Both the position numbers and the translations under genes were made by a program. From assembly GCA_002269645.1 (NCBI GenBank), contig NIVC01002546.1, positions 1 through 64,000 of the forward strand: DNA of 64,000 bases. Reading direction: 5' to 3'. Each line of letters opens with the position of its first letter. Positions within the stretch are counted from its first letter, which is position 1. Under the pieces are notes generated by a model that was given only the letters and a program-made list of their open reading frames with translations, was not told where the DNA came from and made no database searches. The stretch comes from Macrostomum lignano (taxonomy: Eukaryota). This document shows positions 13,077 to 24,893 of this stretch, one piece after another.

Positions 13077-16000
13077 CCCAGTGGCAAAGCCGAGCTCGGT
13101 CCGAGCTCGGGCCGACGTCGGCCACTCGGCATTCGATCGGCCATACTAAAGTCGGCCAGCCGACGTCGGCCCGAACTCGGTAGAACCTCGGGGTGCCGCG
13201 CCGTTAACCGATTAAAAGTTTTAATCAATTATGCAGAATTTACCTACGCTAATGAATTCAATATGATTAAAAAAAAACCCCGCATAAATATAGATGAATA
13301 ATTTACACTGAAAAAGTGACTCTTTTGCAATAAACAAAAACAACGCAATCATACAGCACTTTTGATCCACCAAAGTGGTGTAATGTGCTTTTTACACATA
13401 CTAATTGTGTTTTTACTGAATTAGTTTCCTCGTTGAGTAGGTGATTTGACTTTTATGGATTTATTCTCCTTCGAGACGACCATGAAGTGCATGCGTTATA
13501 GGTACGGAAAATTCGAAGTACTGGATTTTAACAATTATATATATGAGTAATTTACCAGATAAAAGAACATAGCTTCGTTAGTAAAAATATAAATAAATAA
13601 TTAACTGCTTTAGAATTTACTTAAGGCGTAATTATTGCTCATTTTTTGCCATTCATTTGAATATATTGCTCCCGTGCAGGTCAAGTCAATTGTAAACAGT
13701 GTCTAGCTCTTTTTAACGTGGCAATTCATTTAGCTCGTAGCTTCTTAGTTATTATTTTTATTACACGTTCTTTGGAAGCATTTAGATGTTTCGGCAAAAA
13801 TTCCAGAGACATACTTAGTCTTACAGTTAAGCCGTAACTAATTGAACTATAGCTACACTGTAATGCAATGTAAACTTGCTTTTTTGGGTTTAATGAAGAT
13901 TTGCTTACAATTTATGAATAGGCGTATGAAATATGTTTTCATTAATGATAATTAGACATATTACGATGGCAATTCACCAGCTATTTTCAGAATGGCCATC
14001 AAATAGTTATCTAGGAGTTAAAAGTGAATAAATCCGAGGAGAAGAATTTCTTGTCGCGTCCCAAATCCTGGACTTAGCTCAAGATTCTTAAATGGAAATT
14101 TTACTAAACAATTTATCTACAAAAAGCATATTTTCATGATAAAATGTTGAAAAGTATAGGATTGCAATAGGAGTTACCATAACTTAACTGTAGGAATGAT
14201 ATCTAGCTTAGGTCATAAATCCTGTGATTTGAAAAGTCTAAAATGGCCTAAATAAAGCCAGATTTTTAGGCTCCTATGATATTTTTATCCCTACTATATT
14301 AGGTCTAGCTTCTTATTTTTTTATTTGTCTATGGCAATGCCATCATGAATTACATACTATCAGTTAATTTAAGACATTGTTTATGTACTATGGGCCAGGA
14401 TATAATGCCAATTGTGCATTTTATGGCAGGCAATTTAATGTAATTTTGCTGTATATGCCAATTTTTTACTCTTTTGAATAGATTCATAGTATTCATATTA
14501 TACTATATTGTTTTTCTAATGACTTTTTAGTACAACTATAGTATACTTATTTTACTATTATAGGTTTTTACTTTATTTTTGCACCATAGACTAGATATTG
14601 ATGCTATTTTTATATACTAGGGCCCTATGCCATATTTGGCATCAGTTTTGCACTGCAGGCCAGATTTGGGTATCATTTTTGTATTTTCCATTTATGCATT
14701 TGATTCCAATTTTTTTACTTTTTCATCATATGGCTTCAATTCTAACCCCCTTGATGTTCTAGATACAACACTTTGAGAAAATGGGGCGAGATTCTAAGGC
14801 TACCCACAAGCGATCCAGAAGCAGCAGCACGACACCCATGCCCATGACCACCACATTGAGATGGGCAACGCAGTCGTTGCGAGGGACTTTGCTGCTGATG
14901 GCAGCTGGAAGCCTGCTGTTCTGACCGACTGCTCCAGGGCTGTGTCTCTTGCCAGTTTGACGATGGTCGAGAGGTCCATCGGCACATCAATCAAGTGCCT
15001 GCGGCGCCTTCCAAAGTTGAGCAACCGCTATGTGCCGAGGTGTCTGACGATCAACCAGAGGCCCCTGCGGAGACGCCTGGCCAGGCGCCAGAGTTGAGCT
15101 CTGCGGCGCCACTTTGACGTTCGACCAGGGCAAGAGCTTAAGCTGACCGGCTGCGCTACCAGTGACTATGGACTGTTCCTCTATGGACTGTAAACTGATT
15201 TGCGTCTTTTATTCCCGTTTTTATCTAACGCTTAATCTTTGTGGGGAGGAGTCTGGTGACTTGGCTGAGCAAATTGTTGTTTGTTTTGTTAGCTTGTTTT
15301 TACTCCGTGTTTTGAGGTGGTTTTTTACCAGTTTGCTGCGTGCTCCATTCTGCGATATTTCGCTGTACATTCTTATGTGCGCTCTGCATTCTGGCCGCTC
15401 TTGCTCTCCACCCTTAAGCCTCTTACACCCAATGTATCGTGCTCAATATTTACAATATAAATTGCAGTCGCTTTCCTCGTATCAAGCGTCTCGTTCTACA
15501 ATCTAAAGTGAAGTCTTTACAGTTTATAATGTTAATAAATGCTCAACCAAGTCTGTATCACAACCCTTAACTCAACCTCTGTTTTCAGCTGTTTAGCTAC
15601 TTTTTCTCTTTGTTTTCTTGCTTATTGGTTGAAAAGTTAATCTTGTATCATTATTAGCATTTGATAATACACTAGTGTGCTTGTGGTGGATTTACTGTTG
15701 CGGTGTTCTTTTAATTCAATTATTTTAACTTCTAAATCGTTGTCTTATTTCACAATCATTTAATCCTGAACATGGTTGGTTGTTGGTTGTATATTTGTTG
15801 GGTCAGAGAACTGAGTCTGGTGGAAATGTATCTAATTCCGAGGGGAAATCAATTAAACTAGTTATACTAGAGGCTCACCATAACTAGGCTCATATACGAG
15901 CGTACATTACCACTGCAATGCACTAACATGCTAGGAATGACATGGGATCTTTAACTCGATGGTTTCAATTCGTGTCATGTCGTTTTCCCATTCACCTTTT

Positions 16001-16265
16001 CTTTTTCATGTAATACCGAATTGTACATGTACAGTAAAATTCTATAGAAAGTGAAAGTGGCACCTACATGTAGTCAATCTGCAAGAAGCAATATAAGCTT
16101 TATAATAAGCTAAATAGAAAGTATAGTGCAAAGCTACTCGGCATTACCGCGGTCAGCCGACCTCGGCCCGAGGTCGTCGGCCCGAGCTAGAACCGCCGTC
16201 AACCCGCCGAGCTCGGCCCGATCTCGGCGGACCGAGCTCGGGCCGAGCTCGGCTTTGCCACTGGG
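13077..16265. mobile_element. Non-autonomous DNA transposon with CCCAG...CTGGG termini (CACTA/EnSpm-like), TA TSD
   Basis: TIR CCCAGTGGCAAAGCCGAGCTCGG(T/C)CCGAGCTCGG at 13077 and inverted ending at 16265, with TA on both sides. GC-rich subterminal arrays of the palindrome CCGAGCTCGG and variants. No transposase ORF inside. Confidence 0.85.
14800..15521 (+). mobile_element. Degenerate Gypsy-type LTR retrotransposon 3' fragment (integrase C-terminus, PPT, 3' LTR)
   Basis: Frameshifted peptides QAIQKQQHDTHAHDHHIEMGNAVVARDFAADGSWKPAV, DDGREVHRHINQV and RSTR..DRLRY resemble the Gypsy pol C-terminus. Purine tract GGGGAGGAG at 15243-15251, then an LTR-like ~270 bp ending ...TTTACA. Confidence 0.6.
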
Positions 16266-17886
16266 TACATGTATGACAATGCGATCGACAATTTTCTGTT
16301 TTTAATTTAGTTGGTTTTCGCGCCGGCCAATAGGAAAGCCGCGCATATATTATGCTAGCCTGAAATTAAGCTTTTGTCGTGCACCCACCCCAGCCCGCTC
16401 GTTATCAGTCCTGTCTGGCTGGGGCGCCCGGGGTTAGGCTTTTTCTTTTCTACTCCGGCTGCTTCTTCGTCTCTCTCTCTCTCTCTTGGCCTTTTCATAT
16501 TGCTTGTTCTGGTTCCAGAACCAGAACCAATTTGTGAAGTATAACTTTTTGTCTCCATAACTAGAGGGAGATACGTGCTATAAAGTTTTTATTATTGAAT
16601 GACAATCGCCAAGAAGAAAGTGAAAAATTGTGCTAAGTGAGGTTGTTAAGGCAGTCAAACATTCAACAGAATTAAATAGTTATACTGCTGTTTTTCTTGG
16701 AAGATCCGAACCGATTCTGATTCTGGAATTGGTAATATGAAAAGCCTCTCTCTCTCTCGCTCCGCCACAGTTCTTAAGCCACGCCTCTGATGGGTTTCGA
16801 CCTTCGGGCTCCTTGTTAGGGAAGCCTTCGGGCCTCAGGCTCAGAAATAAATCAATTAGAGACCTGCCCCCCCCCCACTCCTGTCAGATGGTCAGCCCCA
16901 TGGTAGCTTGATCGTGTGGCGAGCAGTCTAGGTCCTATAGCTAAGAGAGGGGCAGCGAGAGACGAGCAGGGAGAATTTTGAAAGTAGAAATTAGCTAATC
17001 CGCAGATCAACTAACTTGCTGCCACCAGCCCGTGCGCCCTGGCTCACCACACCGGGACTCTCGAAATCGGGCTTCCGACTAGAAGGGGCTTTGCACTTAC
17101 CTGCCAACTAGTGTCTTTTTGCTGTCAATCTCGAAGTCATAGCCGATGATAAGGGACACTGCTGGGACTAGATCGCGTTGGCCATGCAGGACAGAGGGGA
17201 CTTGTGCAGGCCCTAGGGACCCAAAATGGACAAATAATGCATTTTCAGAATCTAATGACAAAATAGTGCATTCTTGGTGCATTATATGTACGTGCATTTT
17301 TAATGCATTTTTAGTAAAAGTTCTATCTACACTATTTAACAAAATAAGCATGAATTTAGTTCAAGATTGGCTTTATTGCGCATCTGTGTATTTATAAATT
17401 ATACTTCCGTTGCTAACTTTGAAGAACAAATAATAAAACGTGGTGCGATAAAAATGCATTATTTTCTGTAACAATTATCAAATTACAAATGCATTTTTTA
17501 TATCCAGCCGTAGCGAATTAGACCATCACAAATTGAAATTAAAATGGCGGTCTAATTGCGTGCTGGATTATTTTGTTGCTCGAAGCGAAATTCGTAATTA
17601 AATTTCTATTTCAGGTTCTTATCTAGCAAACAAACTTACATTCGTACGCAAAAATTGGGTCGCTTTTGTTATTTCTCTATAACATAGCTTGTTCAATCGA
17701 TTTTGATTGTCGAAATAAAAGCTTTGTTTTCTTCACTATTTTATGACATCCTCTCAACAATTTAATTGCATTAATCAATCTGGTGTGACAATTATTCCAA
17801 TTTCTAATTATTCCAATTCAGTTAATATATTATTATTATAGGTTTGAATTTATTGACTTCAGACACTAAGAGTTGGTGGATCTTGA

Positions 17887-20800
17887 ATGGATCTTGCGGC
17901 TGGTTCAAGTAGGCGCTCTTCGAATAGAGTAGTGAAACCAGTGCAACGATTGGCAAATTCTGCTGCGTCATTTTATGATTCGAAGTACCTACTATTCTTC
18001 ATTCGAAAGACAAGAACTTATCATAACTTTTCCCGTGGCAGTCTTGCACTTAGCCATAATGAGCCTGATGTGAAATTCATTTTTGTAAGTAATTTTTTGC
18101 TTACTTACTAGGCCCAGGCCTAATCCTAGTAATTGTTACAAATGCTATTGCATATTGTATACAAAATTCTGCAGGATTTGAAAAAATAAATAAATTGCTT
18201 GAGTGCATATGGCTTAAAATGAATGTAGTTTTGTGTGCCTAACTATCAAATATCTATTAACTCCTACAAATATATTTATTAGGGCCTAAAGTTAAATGAA
18301 GCTAAATAGTTTTTTATATTGTTTTACTAGTAGGCTGGGCTTCTATAGCCATATGCCTAGTTTAGGCCATGTAGGGAGTAGGCCCTGATGCCCAACTATA
18401 GAACTAGTTAGGTATTTTTTAGTGAATTAGGCTTATTCTAAGATTTCATCTTTTTATAGTTTTAGTAATACTAGGCCAAGGCTGTTTAATTTGCAAAAGA
18501 CTACTTTTTAGTGCTTGAAATAGGCTGTTTAGTTGCTATCAATGTTAGAGTATGATTAGCTAACTCATGCATAAAGAACTATGGTTGGTTTGGCTAGCTT
18601 TCCTTTCTTTTCTATATGTTCTCTATTCTAAGTATAGAGAGAATATATTGGGCTGTTAGGAAAATTCTGTCCGTTTTGACTAAAATATGTTGGAGCGAGT
18701 TTTTATAGGAATGCAGCAGTGTTACTCAGTAAAATAATTGCCATCGCAATCGATGACCCTCTGCCAACGAGAGGGCAGACTTTGGATGCCAGCTCTGTAG
18801 AAATCCTTGGGCTGTGATTCAAAAAAGTTAGTAATGCAGTCCTTGACCCCTTTGTCATCTTCAAACGTTTTCTCTTTCAGATGATGGTGCAGCGCTCGAA
18901 AAAGATGGTAGTCTGTAGGGGCCAGATCGGGGCTGTACGGTGGGTGGGGCAGCACTTCCCAGCCCAGATCCAGCAGCTTTTGTCGGGTCAAATTGGCGGT
19001 GTGCGGCCGAGCGTTGTCATGAAGGAAGCGAACATGCTGACGCCCTGGACGCTGTGTGTGGAGGCAGTCGGCCACATTCTGCAGCTGGTTACAGTAGAGC
19101 TCGGCGGTGATGCTGGTGTTGGGCGGCAGCAGCTCGAAGTATACAACTCCTTCACTGTCCTACCAACAGCAGAGCATCACCTTCTTAGGGTGCAGTGGGG
19201 CCTTTGGCTCTGGCTGTGGCGGTTTGCCGGCATCAACCCACTGGCGCTTGCAGTGTATATTAACGTACATCACCCACTTCTCATCGCCAGTGAGTATTGA
19301 GGCCAGCCAGTCTGTTGTTCTCTTGTAGGAGAGCAGTGAGGTGCAAATGTCTGCTCGGCTTTGACGGTCCCTGTCAGTCAGGTCATGGGGGGTCCACTGT
19401 CCGAGCTTGCTTTTCTTGCCCATGGCAGCCAGGTGTTCAGCGACTTGCACATGGGAGCACCCAAGAGTGGCTGCCAGCTCTCGTGTAGTCTGGTGCGGAT
19501 TGGCCTCCACAAGTGTCCGCAGCAGCTCAGTGTCTATCTCAGATGGGCGTCCAGGGCGAGGTTCGTCAGCAAGGCTGTAGTCGCCGCTGCGAAAGCGATC
19601 AAACCAACGACGGGCTGTGCGGTCAGAGACAGCATCCTGGCCAAATGCACTGCACAGGCGTCGAGTCGATTCGGCTGCTGTAATACCTGCTAGAAAATCA
19701 TATAGCATGCACTGCCTTAGAGCGATGCTGTTTAATTCAAAATTTCTGGCCATAATTGGGCGCTGAAAAGCAAATGACTTGGTTAGAATGACCACAACTC
19801 TGGCTGTATATGCATACACAAGTATTGGATCCAACACAGCTTCATGATCCTCTGCATAGAAAAATAAAAAACGGACAGAACTTTCCTAACAACCCAATAG
19901 AATTTTGGCCATTTTTAAATGTCTTATTGTCTATTTTTTTAATATATATTTTGTATAATGTATTCATTTTCAAACTTGACTGCCTTCATTGATTTTTATA
20001 ACATTTTATATAGTGGTCTCAGTATGTTTATATATCTATTTATCTATGAGCTATTTTATTCCTATGCTAAGCCTAAGGTGTTCAATTCATAGGAAGGTCT
20101 ATTTGCTGATAAGGTAGGCCCTATATTCTATCCAATAGCAAGTTTACTATTTGAACTATTGTCCAGTGCTTTAGTTTTCTATTTTAATATTTCTTATACT
20201 TTTAGTTTTCCTAGTATTTTAATAGGCTATATTTGCCAACTCTATTAAGCTATCTAAAGTTTTATTTTAGTTAAGTTTGTCTATTTTTCCAATGGATTTA
20301 TTCTCTTTAGCTTGTCTATCTTTCTAAAGGACTCTTTTGTTTAGTTTGTCTAACTTTCTAATAGGCTATATCTATTTTGTTAACTATTCTAAAAAGAATT
20401 TTCTATTTAGTTTGTTTATAATTCTTAATTAAAAAATTAATTTGGTCTAATATTAGCTCAAAATCTAATAATGAATCACATTTTTATTTTAGGGTGAGGA
20501 CTACCCACTTGCTCTCAAGGATGGCATTTTCAATGGCATGTTCATTGCAGCTGAACCATGGTCAAAAATGATCTACCTTGAGAAGGAGCTTGATGCATTC
20601 ATAACTGAAAACAAGGAGAACTCCGAGCTCTCTGATCATGTCCAGTCTCATATGAAAGTCTTCATGAGACAACAAGAAGACTCAAGTGATGAAGATGCAG
20701 GTGATATTGACGATTCGGATGATGATGAGACCTGGCAGCCTACTCCGCCTCCTACTCAGGTTTCTTTTGTAAGCCCAAGTCCAGTTTCGACACCTACAGC

Positions 20801-22036
20801 TGCTCATTCTCGTGCTAGGAAGCAATCTCAAGGCAGTCTAGCAAACAAGCGGCCAAGGACAGCTGGTACTCATGTTGAAGACAGACACCAAAATTCTGAG
20901 GCATCATTGGCTTTAATTGCAAGTGAGGAACAGCGTGCCTTACCACCGGAACTACTTCCTCAAGTTCTTCAGGCTCATGAATCAGCAAAGGCAGCAAGTG
21001 CAAACGATCCCACAAATTCCAAGCCTCTCACACTGGCTGAATTTCAGGAAGGAATGGGTAAGGTTTAATTATTTCTTTCTTGTGCTTTTGTTTTTATGCT
21101 TTATTCTCATTATCTCAGTGTAATACAACTTTTTTACTCACAAATCCTGCATTTCGTGCTGCTTATGTAATCACTATCAGTATAGTACAAATGTGAAACA
21201 CCAAATGTTTCAGACAGTTTGAAGCGGTTCATCGCTCACAAACTGAGGAAGATTCGCACTTCATCATCCAGCTTGCATCAAATGGTATCAGCTGATTTCC
21301 TTAAGGAGGTAGGTTTCTCAGTTTCTGTGCAAATTAATTTACTTTCTTTACTAACCATTTACTATAAAATTATTATATGCTTTACTTTGCCATTTTACTT
21401 TACTGTTTTTCTTATTTTTCGCTCTTCTTCATGTGGCTTGACGTTTTCACATTTCACTGACATTTATCATGACATAATCCAAACAATCGGTCCTGAGTAC
21501 CAATTTTCTTTGTACTTTTTCGTAGGAATTTGAAGGCCACGATGGGCGAGTTTGCAATTTCTCAGATCTGCCTCGTACAACGACGTCGAAGTTCATCAGG
21601 GCATATGCTTCTGCGAGGTATGGCGTCGAGTATGTGCAATCGCATGTTTTCGGAGAGTACAAAGGCACGACACAAAGGCCAAAGGCTCCAGGAGAAGTGC
21701 AAGACCATCTTAAGAGTAAGCGATACAATTTCTTTGCAACTGAATGTTTTTTGGCAACTGACTTAGTATTGTGGGCATTAGATGGATGCAGGTCATTCTA
21801 TATAGTCTTTTAAAGCTAAAAATTCAAACTGGCTCACTGTAGCCATTCCATTGTTGGAAAATGTTTGTGTGAATTTGCTGCTACTATAAAATCTTTCTTA
21901 AAAAAAACTAGGCATTCTGAACAAGGCCTTCAATATCCCGAGGGATCAAACGGTTTCTGCGTGGACAGCCGTCAAAGACTCTCTGAATCGACTTGGTCCA
22001 GAGTCAACCTTCCGCAAGCGAAAGGCCGGTGATTAG
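17887..22036 (+). CDS. CACTA accessory (TnpA-like) protein, ~390 aa, 5 exons, C-terminal BEN/DUF4806-like region
   Basis: Exons 17887-18084, 20493-21057, 21214-21308, 21526-21715 and 21912-22036 all have GT-AG sites and consistent phases (1173 nt, open). Acidic, low-complexity middle. The C-terminal YVQSHVFGEYKG...QRPKAP..VQDHLKSIL...WTAVKDSLN pattern resembles BEN domains (inference). Confidence 0.7.
18648..19897 (-). mobile_element. Mariner (Tc1/mariner, DD34D) element, 1250 bp, nested in intron 1 of the CACTA accessory gene
   Basis: TIR TTGGG(C/T)TGTTAGGAAA(A/G)TTCTGTCCGTTTT at both ends; TA TSD at 18646-18647 and 19898-19899. Confidence 0.95.
18722..19753 (-). pseudogene. Mariner transposase with a single premature stop
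   Basis: MARNFELN...; motifs WTPHDL, TGDEKW, HDNARPH and YSPDLAPTDYHLF. The two track ORFs are in one frame, separated by TAG at 19160-19162 (W-stop-D where WWD is expected). Confidence 0.93.
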
Positions 22037-22496
22037 ACTGACGGCTAAACGTGTGTCGCAATATTTTAACTGAAGATGCAATCACCCAACTGCCATTCGA
22101 CATGTAACAAACTATAACGTTTTTGAACTGAATCGATCCCTATTTTACGTTATCTGCGCTAAAGTCAAACTCTTACTCTGTAGTGTTTTTTTAATATAAA
22201 ATGAAGCGACTACCTTAATTATTTTTTTAGAATAATAACTGTTGCGTTTGAAAAGTGTTGGCACTCTTTGTATGGGTAGTTAGGATACCCTTAATGATTT
22301 CCGTAGTCGTTCAAAATGTATATATGTGGAAGAATCTAAACTCCTTCAACTTTAACGCCACCGAGCTAATTTATTCCACTTCATTTCATATTTATCGATA
22401 GATGATGGTGCACATTCTTATTTCGATGGCACGGGTACGTAATTTTCTCCAAACTTTTCAGTCTATCCTAACACTCGTAGAACTGAAGTTGAAATT

Positions 22497-24893
22497 ATGA
22501 GTTCGTCGTCGGAAAGTCTGTCCTCTGGGTCGTCGGAAAGTCTGTCCTCTGGGTCGTCGGAAAGTCTGTCCTCTGGGTCGTCATATGTCTCGATGTCGGT
22601 TGATTCAAGTACACATTCGATTGACACATCCATGGGTGAATACAGCGATTCGAGCTCTTCCGCTGCAATTCAAGCAAACGTCGGCGAGCAACCGACTATT
22701 GCAATTCCTGCTGATGACGAGAATGAAGTGCAGGCAGCTGGTCCATCTGATATCGAGCACCCTGAAATATTTTCTGCGGATGAGGATAGTAACCTTCTTT
22801 CTGTCTTTTGTATCCAAGGTATCTCTATGGAGGTCAAATGTGCCCTTCTAATGTTGTGGATGATCTTGTCGAACGTTTCCAAGAAAGCTGTTAAAAACAT
22901 GCTTCGCCTCATTTCCATTCTGTCTCCTCGCGCTGCTTTACCTACATCTTACAAAGCAATGGAAGCGGTTCTGCTTCGTTCATTCATTTTAAAACCGGAC
23001 TTCGTTGTGAAAGTTTGTTTAGCGTGTCTACTTATAAACTGTAGTGAACATCCAGTCGACTCTTTCGAGGGACTATGGCTCTTAAATGTAAACCATCAGG
23101 TGGAGCTTACAGTTGAAAGGCATTTAAATGATATTTTATCTTACCAGCGTGAGCTAAGGCGAGGATTTCAAACTGACATTCTGAACTCTGCTGTTAGCAA
23201 TGAACTAGAAACCGGCTCATCTCCTGACATTTTTCACTTGTATTTTCTTCTTTCGGCTGACGGAGCAAACTTCTTTAAAGTTTCTGAAATGTCTGTGTGG
23301 CCTTTCTGTGCACTGTGCCTCAATTTGCCTGTTAGATTACGCCAGAAGTTTGTCAACATTATCACAATCGCTTTGTTTACCAATCGAGGAAAGCCGAATT
23401 TTGAAAAGTTTTTGCCTACTATTTTAAATCGCTTGCCTTCGTGTGTAAAAGTAAGGAATGTGACGTTTTTTCTTCACTTCTCGTTTTTTACCTGCGATTT
23501 GCCCGCTTTATCTCACCTTTTTGGAATCAAGCAATTCAACGGACAATTTGCTTGTCCCAGATGCATCCTACCTGGCAAGTCTCTAAAGGTGTCAGAAAAA
23601 GGCCAAGTTCGTGTCTTCCCCGCTGTCCATGGAATTCCGCTTCGAACTAATGCCATGCATGCGCAGCATCTCACAGTTCTCAAGGCTCAAGGGCTTAAGG
23701 ATTATTTTGGAATCAAACGCGAAACTGCTCTTCTCAAAATCATTCGTTTTCCAGAAAATTTCATTGTTGATTCTATGCATTGTCTCTGGGAAGGTCAAGT
23801 AAAACACATTCTAGCCTTCTTGACTGATTCTAAGACTAAAAGCTGCAATCCCAATCATTACCGTGTGCTAGGCTCAGCATCTGTCAATGTAATCGACTCT
23901 CAGATTATGCAACTGAAACTTCCCCAAGGTATTAGCAATGTTCCTCCAATTAGTCAGCTCTCACTTTGGAAAGCGAAAACATACAAGATTTTTGCTCTGT
24001 ATCTGTTTCCATCAATTCTGCTTCCACGAATCGAAAATCCCGAACTTAGGGGCCTGCTCCTTCTTCTTAATTCTATTTATAACTTGCTGTACTCGCAAAA
24101 TTCTTGTGTTTCAACTTTAAAACGTCTGTGCAATATGTTTCTTAACCTGTGTCCTGAGTTTTTTGGCGAACGTGTTATGCTTCTTAATTTTCATCTTCTC
24201 TATCATCTACCCGACCAGTATGAACGATTTGGTCCTCTGTATTGTGCATCAATGTTTCCCTTTGAGTCAGCTATGCATGGCTTTAATATGCTTCATTTTG
24301 GCAGTCGATTTCATGGAAAGCAAATTTCCGAAAAGTTTTTCTGGCTAAAAGTGCTATTGTATTCACTGCAACCTGCTGCAGGCTCCAATCCCTCAATTTC
24401 TGATGCACTCCTTGTCATCGCTAAGCACTACTGCAATCCTCCTGAGCGCGAAAATCGAACTCTAGGCGCTTCTGGGGGTAAAATTTTAACAACCACTTCT
24501 GCGGATTGCACTTTAAAAACATGTAGTTCGTATGTCCTGGATGTATCAAATTCATATTTTGCTATTAATCATTTTGCCGATAGCAAAATCTTTGGCTCTT
24601 TTCTGACTCCACAATGTCGTTTAATCGACTTACTGTTCAATGCTGTTCCGGATTTTACCAATATTGGTGCTAGTGCATCTGAACAAGCAATCTTTCTTGC
24701 TTTTTTTACATCTGATGTTCCACTCCGAAATATGCTTATCTTTACGAGTCAGGAACCCACTCGGGAAAATTACAATTGCATACGTCTCACTGATGTGGCT
24801 GCGAGGTGCATTCGAGTCGATGTCAACTTTCCGAACTTGCCATCAGGCAGTTTTTGTCTGGTACCCCTGTTGGAAGAGTGTGAGCACGATTAG
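22497..24893 (+). CDS. CACTA/EnSpm (TNP2/TnpD-like) DDE transposase, 798 aa, intact ORF
   Basis: Motifs SADG..., SVWP..ALCLNLP..R, CDLPA......G..ACPRC, VDSMHCLWEG, NFHLLYHLPDQYERFGPL..SMFPFE. Ser-rich N-terminus encoded by a 24-bp triplication. Confidence 0.92.
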   Translation: MSSSSESLSSGSSESLSSGSSESLSSGSSYVSMSVDSSTHSIDTSMGEYSDSSSSAAIQANVGEQPTIAIPADDENEVQAAGPSDIEHPEIFSADEDSNLLSVFCIQGISMEVKCALLMLWMILSNVSKKAVKNMLRLISILSPRAALPTSYKAMEAVLLRSFILKPDFVVKVCLACLLINCSEHPVDSFEGLWLLNVNHQVELTVERHLNDILSYQRELRRGFQTDILNSAVSNELETGSSPDIFHLYFLLSADGANFFKVSEMSVWPFCALCLNLPVRLRQKFVNIITIALFTNRGKPNFEKFLPTILNRLPSCVKVRNVTFFLHFSFFTCDLPALSHLFGIKQFNGQFACPRCILPGKSLKVSEKGQVRVFPAVHGIPLRTNAMHAQHLTVLKAQGLKDYFGIKRETALLKIIRFPENFIVDSMHCLWEGQVKHILAFLTDSKTKSCNPNHYRVLGSASVNVIDSQIMQLKLPQGISNVPPISQLSLWKAKTYKIFALYLFPSILLPRIENPELRGLLLLLNSIYNLLYSQNSCVSTLKRLCNMFLNLCPEFFGERVMLLNFHLLYHLPDQYERFGPLYCASMFPFESAMHGFNMLHFGSRFHGKQISEKFFWLKVLLYSLQPAAGSNPSISDALLVIAKHYCNPPERENRTLGASGGKILTTTSADCTLKTCSSYVLDVSNSYFAINHFADSKIFGSFLTPQCRLIDLLFNAVPDFTNIGASASEQAIFLAFFTSDVPLRNMLIFTSQEPTRENYNCIRLTDVAARCIRVDVNFPNLPSGSFCLVPLLEECEHD

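Noticed and set aside
16355-16558. ORF METKSY... as the missing first exon of the LDLRAP1-like gene
   Set aside because: It crosses a CT microsatellite, has no convincing phase-0 donor and shows no similarity to LDLRAP1 N-termini.
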